Assembly: GCA_963719495.1 (NCBI GenBank) | Contig: CAVRCI010000008.1 | Span: forward strand, 1 to 64,000 | Origin: an uncultured Verrucomicrobiae bacterium | Lineage (GTDB): Bacteria; Verrucomicrobiota; Verrucomicrobiia; Chthoniobacterales; JAATET01 | Length of the DNA stretch: 64,000 nt | Reading direction: 5' to 3' | Shown: piece after piece, positions 48,036 through 57,666 of the stretch | Layout: the number at the start of each line of letters is the position of its first letter | Numbering within the stretch: the first letter of the stretch is position 1 | The notes under the pieces: generated by a model | The model's database searches: none | Seen by the model: the letters and a program-made list of their open reading frames with translations, nothing else | What the model was told of the DNA's origin: nothing | Translations under genes and position numbers: made by a program

Positions 48036-49085
48036 TTACAGGAGTTCTGTGGGAAGCTTGGTTTGGAGTTGCTTCACTCGCTGGGCGGAGTTGCGGTGGC
48101 AGACGAGGATGGCGTCTTCGGTCTCGACGACAACGAGGTCGCTGACTCCGCAGAGGGCGATGGTGCGACCGTTGGAGACGGTGATGTTGTTGTGGGAATC
48201 AACGGAGACGGCGGGGCCGCGGGCGGTGTTGTTGTTCTCGCCGGTGCCGAGGTGGGCGGGGAGGGCGGTCCAGGTGCCGACGTCGTCCCAATCGAAGGCG
48301 GCGCGGACGGCGATGACATTGGCGGCCTTTTCCATGATGGCGTAGTCCACCGAGATCTTGGGCAGGTCGGCGAAGGTGCGGGCGAGGTAGTCGTCGCAGT
48401 CGCCGGCTGGGAATTCGCGAATGAACGGGGCGAGTTCGGGGGCGAGGCGGTCGCACTCGGTGAGAAAGGTGTCGGCGCTCCAGAGGAACATGCCGGCGTT
48501 CCAACCGAAGCGGCCGCTGGCGAGGTATTCTTCGGCGAGGTCGACGTTGGGTTTTTCGACGAAACGGACGACGCGGCAGACTTCGGCGGGCTGACCGGGG
48601 ATTTCGTCGCCGAGCTCAAGGTAGCCGAAGCCGGTGGCGGCGTGGGACGGGGTGATCGAGAAGGTGAGGACGGCGTCGGTGCCGGTGACGGCGGCGGCGG
48701 CGGACTCGAGCTGGCGCTGGAAGGTGGCGTTGTCGTGGATCATCGCGTCGGCCGGGAGGAGCGCGATGGTGGCGTCGGGCTGGCGGGCGCGGGCGAAGCC
48801 GGTGGCGAGGGCGGCGGCGGGGGCCGTGTCGCGTTTGGCGGGTTCGGCGATGAAGTTCCCGGGTGGGAGATTCGGGACGGCGGCGCGGCAGGATTCGAGT
48901 TGGGTGGCGTTCGTGAGAACGAAGACGCGGTCGAGCGAGACGACGCCGAGGGCGCGGTCGACGGCTTCTTCGAGCAGGGTCTTCTCGCCGAGGAGGCGGA
49001 GGAGGTGCTTGGGCGTGCGCGTGCGGCTCATGGGCCAGAAACGCTCGCCGGTCCCGCCGGCCATGATGAAAATGAAGAGGTTCAT
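48036..49085 (-). CDS. manC: Mannose-1-phosphate guanylyltransferase
   Basis: MAGGTGERFWPMSR..PK, EPAKRDTAPA, FVEKP, WNAGMF, WDDVG. Confidence 0.9.
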   Translation of the reverse strand: MNLFIFIMAGGTGERFWPMSRTRTPKHLLRLLGEKTLLEEAVDRALGVVSLDRVFVLTNATQLESCRAAVPNLPPGNFIAEPAKRDTAPAAALATGFARARQPDATIALLPADAMIHDNATFQRQLESAAAAVTGTDAVLTFSITPSHAATGFGYLELGDEIPGQPAEVCRVVRFVEKPNVDLAEEYLASGRFGWNAGMFLWSADTFLTECDRLAPELAPFIREFPAGDCDDYLARTFADLPKISVDYAIMEKAANVIAVRAAFDWDDVGTWTALPAHLGTGENNNTARGPAVSVDSHNNITVSNGRTIALCGVSDLVVVETEDAILVCHRNSAQRVKQLQTKLPTELL

Positions 49086-49128
49086 TTTCGAGTTATTGGT
49101 TCTTGGTTCATGGTTATTGGTAATGAAT

Positions 49129-51756
49129 TCAGCCGAGGGCGGCTTTGGCGGCTTGGAGGGTCGTGAGGCGGTCGGCCCAGGCTTTTTGGCGGTCGCGGTG
49201 CTCGGTGATGACTTCGGGTGGGGCGTTGGTGACGAACTTTTCGCTGCTGAGTTTGCGGGCGACTTTTTCGAGTTCGGCTTCGACTTTCTTGATTTCGCCG
49301 TCGAGGCGTTCGCGCTCGGTGGCGGGGTCGACGAGGCCTTCGAGGGGGAGGTAGATCTCGCCGATGGCGGTGGCGGCGACAGCCATGCCAGCGGGGGCTT
49401 CCCCGGTCTCGACGTCGAGCGATTTGGCGTTGAGGAGGGTGGCGAGAGCGGGGAGCTCGGGTTCGAGCCAATCGACGGACGGGCGGATGCGCCAGGGGAG
49501 CTTCTGGCTGGACGGAAGGTTGAACGTGGCTCGAAGCGTCCGGGCGGTGCCGATGGCTTCGTAGAAGTCGGCGGCTTGCTGGGTGGCCGTCGGATCGCCG
49601 AGGCCGGTCGTCGTGGGCCAGTGCTCGTATTGGATCGTCGTCGTCCCGAAGCCGAGGCCGTGCCAGAGCTCCTCCGTCAGAAACGGGGCGTAGGGGTGGA
49701 GGAGGACGAGGACGCGGCGAATGGTGACGTCGATGGCGGCGAGAGTGCCGGCCTTGCGGGCGGGGTCCTCGGAGATGAAATCGGATTTGGCGGCCTCGAT
49801 GAAGCGGTCGCAGAAGTCGCCCCAGACGAAGTCGTAGAGCGCTTGGGCGATGTCGCTGAACCGGTAGGTCGCGTAGCCGTCTTCGATGCGGTCGATGGTG
49901 GCGTCGAGTTTGCCGAGGAGATCGCGGGCGAAGATCGAGAGGGTGGCTGGGTCGGGAGCGGCGGCGGGGTCGATGGGACCCTGGAGGAGTCGGAAGCGGC
50001 AGGCGTTCCAGAATTTGTTACAGAAATTGCGGCCTTCGACGATCTGGAGTTCGTCGAATTTGATGTCCTGCCCGGCGGGGGCGATCCGCATGAGGCCGAA
50101 GCGGAGGCCGTCGGCGCCGAATTTGGCGATGAGGTCGAGCGGGTCGGGGGAATTGCCGAGCGACTTCGACATTTTCTTGCCGCCCTTGTCGCGGATGATG
50201 CCGGTGAAGTAGACGTCGCGGAACGGGATTTCGCCGGTGTATTCGAGGCCGGCCATGATCATGCGGGCGACCCAGAAGAAGATGATGTCGGGGCCGGTGA
50301 CGAGGACGCTGGTGGGATAAAATTTCGCGCGGGTCGGCGCGTCCATCGTCTCGTGCGCCCAGAGCCAGGAGGAGAACCAGGTGTCGAGGACGTCGGGGTC
50401 CTGCGTCCAGTTCTCGCCAGGGCTCTCGAACTGGACCTTGATTGCGGATTGCGGATTGCGGATTGCGGATTGCGGTGAGTCGGTGGGCGGATACCAGACG
50501 GGGATGCGGTGGCCCCACCAGAGTTGGCGGGAAATGCACCAGTCCTGGATGTTCTCAAGCCAGTGGTCGTAGACTTTTTCCCAGCGCTCGGGGAAGAAGC
50601 GGATGAGGTGATCGCGGACCGTGGCGCGGGCTTCGGCGGTTTTTGGGTAGCGGAGGAACCACTGTTCGCTGAGGCGGGGTTCGATCGGGACACCGGCGCG
50701 CTCGGAGAAGCCGACCGTGTTCTGGTAGGGTTCCTCTTTCACGAGGAGGTCGAGCTCGGCGAGGGTGGCGGCGGCCTTTTTCCGGGCTTCGAAACGGTCG
50801 AGGCCGGCGAAATCGGCACCCGCGAGGGCGTTCATGGTGCCGTCGGGGTCGAGGACGTCGATCGTGCCGAGGCCGTGGCGTTGGCCGATCTCGTAGTCGA
50901 CCTTGTCGTGGGCGGGGGTGACTTTGAGGACGCCGGTGCCGAATTCGAAATCCACGGATTCGTCGCCGACGATGGGGATCGCGATCTGATTTTCGACCGG
51001 GAGCGGGCGGCGGACGTGCAGGCCGATGAGGTCGGCGTAGCGGGGGTCGGCGGGGTTCACGGCGACGCCGGTGTCGCCCATGATCGTCTCGGGGCGCGTG
51101 GTGGCGATTTCCAGGAAGGTGCCGGGTCGCTCGACGATTTCGACTTTGAAGTGATAGAGGAAGCCGCGCTGGGGGGTGGGGATCACCTCTTCGTCGCTGA
51201 GGGCGGTGAGGGAGGCGGGGCACCAGTTCACCATGCGCTTGCCGCGGTAGATGAGACCCTTGGCGTGGAGGTCGACGAAGGTCTCCTGGACTTTGCGCGC
51301 GTAGGCGTCGTCCATGGTGAAGCGTTCGCGGGTCCAGTCGCAGGAGCAGCCGAGCTTTTTGAGCTGATTGATGATGATGCCGCCGTGCTTCTCCTTCCAC
51401 TCCCAGACGCGCTCGAGGAAGGCGTCGCGGCCGAGGTCGTGGCGGGTTTGGTTTTCCTCCTTGCGGAGGCGCTTTTCGACGACGGTCTGGGTGGCGATGC
51501 CGGCGTGGTCGGTGCCGGGAAGCCAGAGGACTTCGTGGCCGGTGAGGCGGGCCCGGCGGGCGAGGATGTCCTGGATGGTGTTGTTGAGGACGTGGCCGAG
51601 GGTGAGGACGCCGGTGACGTTGGGCGGCGGGATGACGATGGAGTAGGCGGGCTTCGGCGAGGCGGAGTCGGCGGCGAAATCGCCGTCGGCGAGCCACTGG
51701 GCATACCATTTCTCTTCGACGGACTGGGGTTCGTAGGATTTCGCGATCTCGGACAT
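49129..51756 (-). CDS. valS: Valyl-tRNA synthetase
   Basis: PPPNVTG, DWCISRQLWWGH, DVLDTWFSS, KMSKS, C-terminal coiled coil. Confidence 0.98.
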   Translation of the reverse strand: MSEIAKSYEPQSVEEKWYAQWLADGDFAADSASPKPAYSIVIPPPNVTGVLTLGHVLNNTIQDILARRARLTGHEVLWLPGTDHAGIATQTVVEKRLRKEENQTRHDLGRDAFLERVWEWKEKHGGIIINQLKKLGCSCDWTRERFTMDDAYARKVQETFVDLHAKGLIYRGKRMVNWCPASLTALSDEEVIPTPQRGFLYHFKVEIVERPGTFLEIATTRPETIMGDTGVAVNPADPRYADLIGLHVRRPLPVENQIAIPIVGDESVDFEFGTGVLKVTPAHDKVDYEIGQRHGLGTIDVLDPDGTMNALAGADFAGLDRFEARKKAAATLAELDLLVKEEPYQNTVGFSERAGVPIEPRLSEQWFLRYPKTAEARATVRDHLIRFFPERWEKVYDHWLENIQDWCISRQLWWGHRIPVWYPPTDSPQSAIRNPQSAIKVQFESPGENWTQDPDVLDTWFSSWLWAHETMDAPTRAKFYPTSVLVTGPDIIFFWVARMIMAGLEYTGEIPFRDVYFTGIIRDKGGKKMSKSLGNSPDPLDLIAKFGADGLRFGLMRIAPAGQDIKFDELQIVEGRNFCNKFWNACRFRLLQGPIDPAAAPDPATLSIFARDLLGKLDATIDRIEDGYATYRFSDIAQALYDFVWGDFCDRFIEAAKSDFISEDPARKAGTLAAIDVTIRRVLVLLHPYAPFLTEELWHGLGFGTTTIQYEHWPTTTGLGDPTATQQAADFYEAIGTARTLRATFNLPSSQKLPWRIRPSVDWLEPELPALATLLNAKSLDVETGEAPAGMAVAATAIGEIYLPLEGLVDPATERERLDGEIKKVEAELEKVARKLSSEKFVTNAPPEVITEHRDRQKAWADRLTTLQAAKAALG
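50440..50474. repeat. (GATTGCG)x5 inside valS
   Basis: Encodes PQSAIRNPQSAI. Confidence 0.95.
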
Positions 51757-52009
51757 GGGGCGGGAATACGTAGCAGGGGGGGCGGCGGGGAGACAACCCC
51801 GGAGGCGGGCGGGGCGGGGTGGGGTGCGATCCCTTCGGGATCGGTTTTGGGGGATCAGGGTGGTTCCGGGGATTTGCAATCCCCGGCTACTGTGGGTGTG
51901 ATCCCTTCGGGATGGGTGATCGCGGGGGGTGGTTGGGATTTGGGAGGGGGATGTTCAGTCGGAGAAACCGCTTGCGAAAGCGTCGGAGCGTTCCCACCTT
52001 CTGCCCCCT

Positions 52010-53230
52010 ATGCGCTCCGCCGCGATCATTTTTGCCCTGCTGGTCGCCGGGACGTTTGCCCAAGCCGCCACCTGGAATGTGATCAAGGTCGGCGGGCGTC
52101 GCTACGTGCCGGTGTCGGACGTGGCGGATTTTTACCGGTTGAGCGAGGATCGGACGGATCGCAAAAAATTCGTGCTGAGTTCCAAGGGACGGGAAGTGCG
52201 GGGCACGGCGGGCGGGCGGGATCTCTTCATCAATGGGGTGAAATACGTGCTGTGTTTTCCGATGGAGACGCGGAACAACGAGGTCTACCTCTCGGCGATG
52301 GACGTCACTAAGATTCTCGAGCCGGTGCTGCGGCCGGGGAAGATCAAGGACGCCGAGAAGATTCACACGATCGTGCTGGACGCGGGTCACGGCGGGCACG
52401 ACAGCGGGGCGACGGGGCCGCTGGGGCTCGAGAAGGCCTACGCGCTGGACGTCGTCCTGCGGGCTCGGGAGCTGCTCATCAAGGAGGGATACGATGTGAA
52501 AACGACGCGCTCGAAGGACGTGTTCATTCCGCTCGAGGATCGGGCGCGGTTTGCGAATCAATTTTCCAACGCGCTATTTTTCAGCGTTCACTTCAACAAG
52601 AGCAGTTCCGGCGGCGCGACGGGGATCGAGACTTACGCGCTGGCTCCGCGGGGCGTGCCTTCGATGGACGAGGAGAATCTGAGCTACAGCGACTTCAAGG
52701 AGAACCGGGGGAATTCGCAGGATTCGCAAAACATCGCGCTGGCGGCGGCGGTGCATTCGGCGATGGTGAACAATCTGGGATTGCCGGATCGGGGGATCAA
52801 GCGGGCGAGGTTCGTGGTGATCAAGGCGATCGACATTCCTGGGGTGCTGCTCGAGGGCGGGTTCATGAATGGTTCGCGGGATTCGCGTTTGATCGCTTCG
52901 GGCGAGTTTCGGCAGCGGATGGCGGCTTCGATTTTGCAGGCGGTCAAGGGCTACACTCGCTCGGTGAGTGGGAAGGCGGACGCGGCTCCGCCGAGTCTGA
53001 TCGTGAAGGGGGACGATCCGACGGACCGGCCGTCGCTGGATTCGGTGAAGGTGAGCGGCAAGGAGCCCGAGGTCGTGTCGGCACCGGCGCCGCCGATCCC
53101 GCGGCCGACGCCGGCGAGGGTAGTCGTGGTCGACGAATCGGACGAGGAGCGGCCCGCCGCCGCGCCGCCGGAGCCGGCGGGAGCGCCGACGCCGAGCGCG
53201 GGGAAGCCGAAGGTCGAGAAGTGGTGGTGA
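52010..53230 (+). CDS. N-acetylmuramoyl-L-alanine amidase (Amidase_3)
   Basis: LDAGHGGHDSGA, EK, SVHFN, VLLEGGF. Confidence 0.93.
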   Translation: MRSAAIIFALLVAGTFAQAATWNVIKVGGRRYVPVSDVADFYRLSEDRTDRKKFVLSSKGREVRGTAGGRDLFINGVKYVLCFPMETRNNEVYLSAMDVTKILEPVLRPGKIKDAEKIHTIVLDAGHGGHDSGATGPLGLEKAYALDVVLRARELLIKEGYDVKTTRSKDVFIPLEDRARFANQFSNALFFSVHFNKSSSGGATGIETYALAPRGVPSMDEENLSYSDFKENRGNSQDSQNIALAAAVHSAMVNNLGLPDRGIKRARFVVIKAIDIPGVLLEGGFMNGSRDSRLIASGEFRQRMAASILQAVKGYTRSVSGKADAAPPSLIVKGDDPTDRPSLDSVKVSGKEPEVVSAPAPPIPRPTPARVVVVDESDEERPAAAPPEPAGAPTPSAGKPKVEKWW

Positions 53231-53292
53231 TTCCGCGTTCGGCGGGAGTTTTAAGTTTCTAAGAATTAAGAATTAAGTTTTGAGTTGCGGGT

Positions 53293-54123
53293 GTGGTGGG
53301 TGATTCGGAATTCGAGAAAACGGCGGGGCCGATCGGGGTTTTCGATTCCGGAATTGGTGGGCTGACGGTCGCGGCGGCGTTGCGGGAGTTGCTGCCGGCG
53401 GAGCGGATTTTTTACATCGGGGATACGGCGCGGGTGCCGTATGGCGGGAAGAGCCGGCGGACGATCGAGCGATACAGCGTGGAGATTGGCGGGCTTCTCT
53501 TGGCCGAGGGGGCGAAGATGATCGTGGTGGCCTGCAACACGGCCTCGGCGCTGGGGGTGCCGAAGATGCAGGAGCTCTTTCGGGCTCCGGTGCAGGGGGT
53601 GATCGTGCCGGGGGCGGCGGCGGCGGCGCGGGCGAGCGAGTCGGGACGGATCGGGGTGATCGGGACGCGGGCGACGGTGGCGAGCAAAGCCTACGAACAG
53701 GCGATTCACGTGATCCGGCCCGAGGCGGAGGTTTTCGCGGCGGCGTGTCCGTTGTTGGTGCCGCTGATCGAGGAGGGACTTTTCGAGGATTCGATCACGG
53801 ATCAAGTGCTGGCGCGGTATCTCGAGCCTTTGTTGGCCGACGGGATCGACACGTTGGTGCTGGGTTGCACTCATTATCCGCTGCTGCGCGCGGCAATCGG
53901 GCGGGCGGCGGGCGAGGGGGTCACGCTGGTGGACTCGGCTCGGAATTGCGCGCTGGCGGTCCGTGAGGCGTTGGCGAGTGGGGGATTCGCGGCGGACTCG
54001 GGGCGGGTGGGGGAGCTGAACGTGGCGCTGACGGATTCGACGGAAGGGTTTTTGCGGGTGGCGGTGGAGGCGCTCGATCTGGAAATCGGGGACGTGGAGG
54101 TGCGGGCGGTTCAGGGGGGGTAG
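53293..54123 (+). CDS. murI: Glutamate racemase
   Basis: FDSGIGG, PYG, ACNTAS, LGCTHYP. Confidence 0.97.
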   Translation: MVGDSEFEKTAGPIGVFDSGIGGLTVAAALRELLPAERIFYIGDTARVPYGGKSRRTIERYSVEIGGLLLAEGAKMIVVACNTASALGVPKMQELFRAPVQGVIVPGAAAAARASESGRIGVIGTRATVASKAYEQAIHVIRPEAEVFAAACPLLVPLIEEGLFEDSITDQVLARYLEPLLADGIDTLVLGCTHYPLLRAAIGRAAGEGVTLVDSARNCALAVREALASGGFAADSGRVGELNVALTDSTEGFLRVAVEALDLEIGDVEVRAVQGG

Positions 54124-54224
54124 GGTGAGCGGATTACCGCGTGACTGGTGACTGGTGACTGGTGATTGGTGGGTCTCGGTCTTGACTTTGCGGGCGTTGG
54201 AATTGAGATTCGATCTCAAATAAT

Positions 54225-55103
54225 ATGAAGATCGTTTCCGGACTTTTGGCATTAGTGATTTTGAGTGGGTTTTCCGTTGCCGGGCAGGCGGCGGACCTTT
54301 CGCTCGAGAAGGTGGTGGTGGCTTTGAAGCCGGACAAGGATCCGGACCGGATGCTGGCTGAGCGGTCGGAACTGGCGGAGATATTGGAGAAAAACTTTGG
54401 CAAACCAGTGGAGGTAATTGTGCCGACTTCGGCGGCGGTGATCGTCGAGGGGATGCGGAATGGAACGATCGATCTGGCCTACGTGAGTTCGACCGAGATG
54501 GTGAACGCCCGGGATAACGGAGCGGGAACTTTGCTGCTAGCGGGGGAGATCGACGGCAACCCTTACTACAAGAGCTATTGGCTGTCGCTGGCGGACAAGC
54601 CCTACACGAAGGTCGAAGATTTGAAGGGGAAGCCGATCGCTTTCAGTAGTCGCACGAGCACTTCGGGGTTCCTCATCCCGATGGTCGATCTGCACGACAA
54701 AGGCCTCATCGGGGACGACGCGGATCCGGAGTCGTTCTTCGGCGAGGGCAACGTGAGCTACGGGATCGGCTACGTGTCGGCGGTCGAGCGGGTGCTTTCG
54801 GGCGAGGCCGAGGCGGCGGCGGTGAGCTACTACGTGCTCGACGAGGACGAATATCTGACGGCGGACCAGAAGGCGAAGCTCAAGAAGGTGGCCGAGCAGG
54901 GTCCGGTGCCGACTCACGTGATCGCGGCTTCGGCGAAGTTGAGCGACGCAGATCGGGAGATTCTCAAGAAGGGTTTGCTGGCGCTGCGGGATTCCGGGAC
55001 GGAGATCGACGAGGACGTCTTCTCGGCGGAATTGATCGAGGTCGACGCCGACGCGCACCTGGCACCGGTCGAGTCCGCGATGGAGTTGCTCAAGCAGCGA
55101 TGA
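54225..55103 (+). CDS. phnD: Phosphate/phosphite/phosphonate ABC substrate-binding protein
   Basis: Signal peptide, YYKS, STSGFLIP. Confidence 0.82.
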   Translation: MKIVSGLLALVILSGFSVAGQAADLSLEKVVVALKPDKDPDRMLAERSELAEILEKNFGKPVEVIVPTSAAVIVEGMRNGTIDLAYVSSTEMVNARDNGAGTLLLAGEIDGNPYYKSYWLSLADKPYTKVEDLKGKPIAFSSRTSTSGFLIPMVDLHDKGLIGDDADPESFFGEGNVSYGIGYVSAVERVLSGEAEAAAVSYYVLDEDEYLTADQKAKLKKVAEQGPVPTHVIAASAKLSDADREILKKGLLALRDSGTEIDEDVFSAELIEVDADAHLAPVESAMELLKQR

Positions 55104-55837
55104 CGTCGGCCGCGGCCATGGCGGCGGTGGGGGCTCCCGGGGAGCCGTTTCACGTCGAGTTGCGCGGATTGAGCGTGCGGCGGGACCAGCGCGACTTGGT
55201 GCGCAATCTCGATTTGTGCGTGCCGCGCGGATCGTTCGTGGCGGTGGTGGGTCCGTCGGGTGTGGGGAAGAGCAGCCTGCTGGCTTGTCTGGCGGGGATG
55301 CTGGATCCGGGTGCGGGGGAGATCACCTACCGGTGCACGCAGCAGTGCGACCACACGCCGGCGGATTTTCAGAAGCGGATGGGGCTGGTGTTTCAGCATT
55401 TGCGGCTGACTCTCAACGCTTCGGTGCTGACGAACGTCTGCTGCGGAGTGTTGGGTCAGCGGGCTTGGTGGCGGACTTTGTTTGGGTTCACCCGGGAGGA
55501 GAAGCGGAAAGCGCGGGAGTTGCTGGAGCGATTTGGGCTCAAGGGATTCGAGCGGTTTCCGGTTTCGGAGATTTCGGGCGGGGAACGTCAGCGGGCGGCG
55601 ATCGCGCGGGCGCTGATGCAGTCGCCGGAACTGATCCTGGCGGACGAGCCGGTGGCGAGTTTGGATCCGGCGCTGGCTCGGAGCGTGCTCGGATATCTGC
55701 GGGACGAGACGCGGACGAGTGGGCGGACGGTTTTCTGCGTGCTGCACGATCCGGATCTCGTGGCGGAGTTTGCGGATTACACGTTGTCGCTGAGCCGGGT
55801 GTGTCCGGCGGCGTGGAAGTTGCGCGCGGCGGCGTGA
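55100..55837 (+). CDS. phnC: Phosphonate-type ABC ATPase
   Basis: GPSGVGKS, ISGGERQR, ADEPVASLDP. Confidence 0.85.
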   Translation: MTSAAAMAAVGAPGEPFHVELRGLSVRRDQRDLVRNLDLCVPRGSFVAVVGPSGVGKSSLLACLAGMLDPGAGEITYRCTQQCDHTPADFQKRMGLVFQHLRLTLNASVLTNVCCGVLGQRAWWRTLFGFTREEKRKARELLERFGLKGFERFPVSEISGGERQRAAIARALMQSPELILADEPVASLDPALARSVLGYLRDETRTSGRTVFCVLHDPDLVAEFADYTLSLSRVCPAAWKLRAAA

Positions 55838-56652
55838 AGTCGATCGAGCGAGATTCGGCGGCGTCGGCTCCGCCGGCGAACGTGCCGCGACCCGGGAAGC
55901 CGAAGGTGAACGCGTTTAACGTGACGCTCACGTTGTTCGCGATCGCGGTGATTTTTTCGCTGCCAGCGTTGCGGGGTTCGGGGCGGGATCTGGATTATTT
56001 CGCAAATCTGGTTGGGTTTCTGGAGCGGTTTTTTCCGCCGAATTTCACGGACTGGCGGCTGCTCGGGGGGGCGCTCATCGAGACGTTCCAGATCGCGGTG
56101 ATCGCGACGTTGATTTCGGTGTTGGTCTCGCTGCCGGTGGCGATGGCTTCTTCGCTGAACATTGCGCCGCACTGGTTGGTGCGGGTGTCGCGGTTTTTAT
56201 TGGTGTGCGTGCGGTCGATTCCGGGGTTGATTTGGGCTTTGATCGCGGTGGCGGTGTGCGGGGCGAATCCGCTCGCGGGCGTGGTGGGTTTGGCTTTTTA
56301 CAGCGTGGGGTATCTGGGGAAATTTTTCAGCGATTCGTTCGAGTCGATCGATTCGGGCGTTGCGGAGGGGCTGCGGGCGACCGGGGCGGATACGATTCAG
56401 AGATTCCAATACGGGATCTGGCCGCACGCGAAGCCGCTGGTGTGGAGTCAGACTCTGTGGATGCTGGAATACAACATTCGCAGCGCGTCGATCATCGGCT
56501 ACGTGGGGGCCGGGGGGATCGGGGTGTGGTTGCAGACTTACCAGGAGCTTTCGCGGTGGGACCGGTTTTGTGCGGTCCTTTTGTGCATTCTAGCGGTGGT
56601 GTTGGTGCTGGATTACGCGGGGGAGCGGATCCGGAAGCAGTTTTCTTTGTAG
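55834..56652 (+). CDS. phnE: Phosphonate-type ABC permease
   Basis: RSIPGLIWAL, GKFFSD, EYNIRSASIIGYVGAGGIG; GTG overlaps the phnC stop. Confidence 0.87.
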   Translation: MKSIERDSAASAPPANVPRPGKPKVNAFNVTLTLFAIAVIFSLPALRGSGRDLDYFANLVGFLERFFPPNFTDWRLLGGALIETFQIAVIATLISVLVSLPVAMASSLNIAPHWLVRVSRFLLVCVRSIPGLIWALIAVAVCGANPLAGVVGLAFYSVGYLGKFFSDSFESIDSGVAEGLRATGADTIQRFQYGIWPHAKPLVWSQTLWMLEYNIRSASIIGYVGAGGIGVWLQTYQELSRWDRFCAVLLCILAVVLVLDYAGERIRKQFSL

Positions 56653-57178
56653 GGTCGGGTGCTGGGGGGGTGGGGTTAATGCTAATACGAGTTTTGAACA
56701 AAAGGTCGCGAAGGTAGCAAAGAATGCGGAAGGGTGATGCGGACGGCTCCCGCTGGCGCGAGCACCGGGGCCTGGGAAGGCTCGGGGCAAACTGGCCGGC
56801 TATGTGGTCCGGCGCGTGGGGCGAGACACTGGAGTCGACGGGGGTCGAGCGACAGCACCTGCCGAGAGGCAGCCCGCAGGGCGGAGCTGTGGGAACAGCG
56901 ACGGCAACCGGGAGCGACCGAGTCAAATGCCGGGCGGGAGGTGTCGGCTTCGCCGTTTGGGTTGGCTCGGCAGCCTGAGCGAAGCGGAGACAGGCGAAGC
57001 CAATTGCAAATCGCCGCTCCTCGAGGCGGCTTTTAGACCATTTTCAAATTAGTCGGAAGATTTGATCGGCCAAAAGGGGTGGGGGCGTCTCGCCCGCTCG
57101 ATCCAAGCACGAGGACGAGACGTCCTCGCCCCGTTTTCCTCGGCTCTCGCCGATACCTCCAGTTACTTCGAAAGTGCC

Positions 57179-57622
57179 TCAGCTGCCGATTGGGGCTATC
57201 GGGGGGGTGGCGGTGGCTTCGGGAGTGGGGGTTGGGGTCATCGCCGGGGTGGGCTCGACGTTTTCGGCGGGGGTGGCGGAGGGGACTTCCTGCTCGGCGT
57301 CGTTCTGGGTGACCTCTTCGGCGAGCTGGCGCATGTTTTCCATGGCCTGCTGGCCGGCTTCGGTGGCGGCGGCTCCCGCTCCGGCGGCCATCTCGCCGAG
57401 GTTTTCGCCGGCTTCCTTGGCGGCGGCGCTGGTTGCGGCGGCGGCGTCCTGAAGCGCGTTGCCGGTGGTTTCGACGGCGTCATCGATCCGCTCCGAGAGC
57501 TCCGGGGTTGCGGCTGGCGTCGGAGTCGGTGCGTCGCTCTCGGCGGCGGAGGGTTTTGGATCGCAGGCGGTGAGGGCGAAGGCGGCGGCTCCGACGAGGA
57601 TTAGCGAATGGTCGATTTTCAT
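57179..57622 (-). CDS. Low-complexity Ala/Thr/Pro/Glu lipoprotein
   Basis: MKIDHSLILVGAAAFALTAC lipobox. Confidence 0.75.
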   Translation of the reverse strand: MKIDHSLILVGAAAFALTACDPKPSAAESDAPTPTPAATPELSERIDDAVETTGNALQDAAAATSAAAKEAGENLGEMAAGAGAAATEAGQQAMENMRQLAEEVTQNDAEQEVPSATPAENVEPTPAMTPTPTPEATATPPIAPIGS

Positions 57623-57666
57623 AGCTTGATGCGTTGTGGGGATATTGGTGACGGCTCCGCGATAGG

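Noticed and set aside
56740..56940. Riboswitch or ncRNA after phnE
   Set aside because: Lies between convergent gene ends; partly explained by a micro-insertion; no known motif
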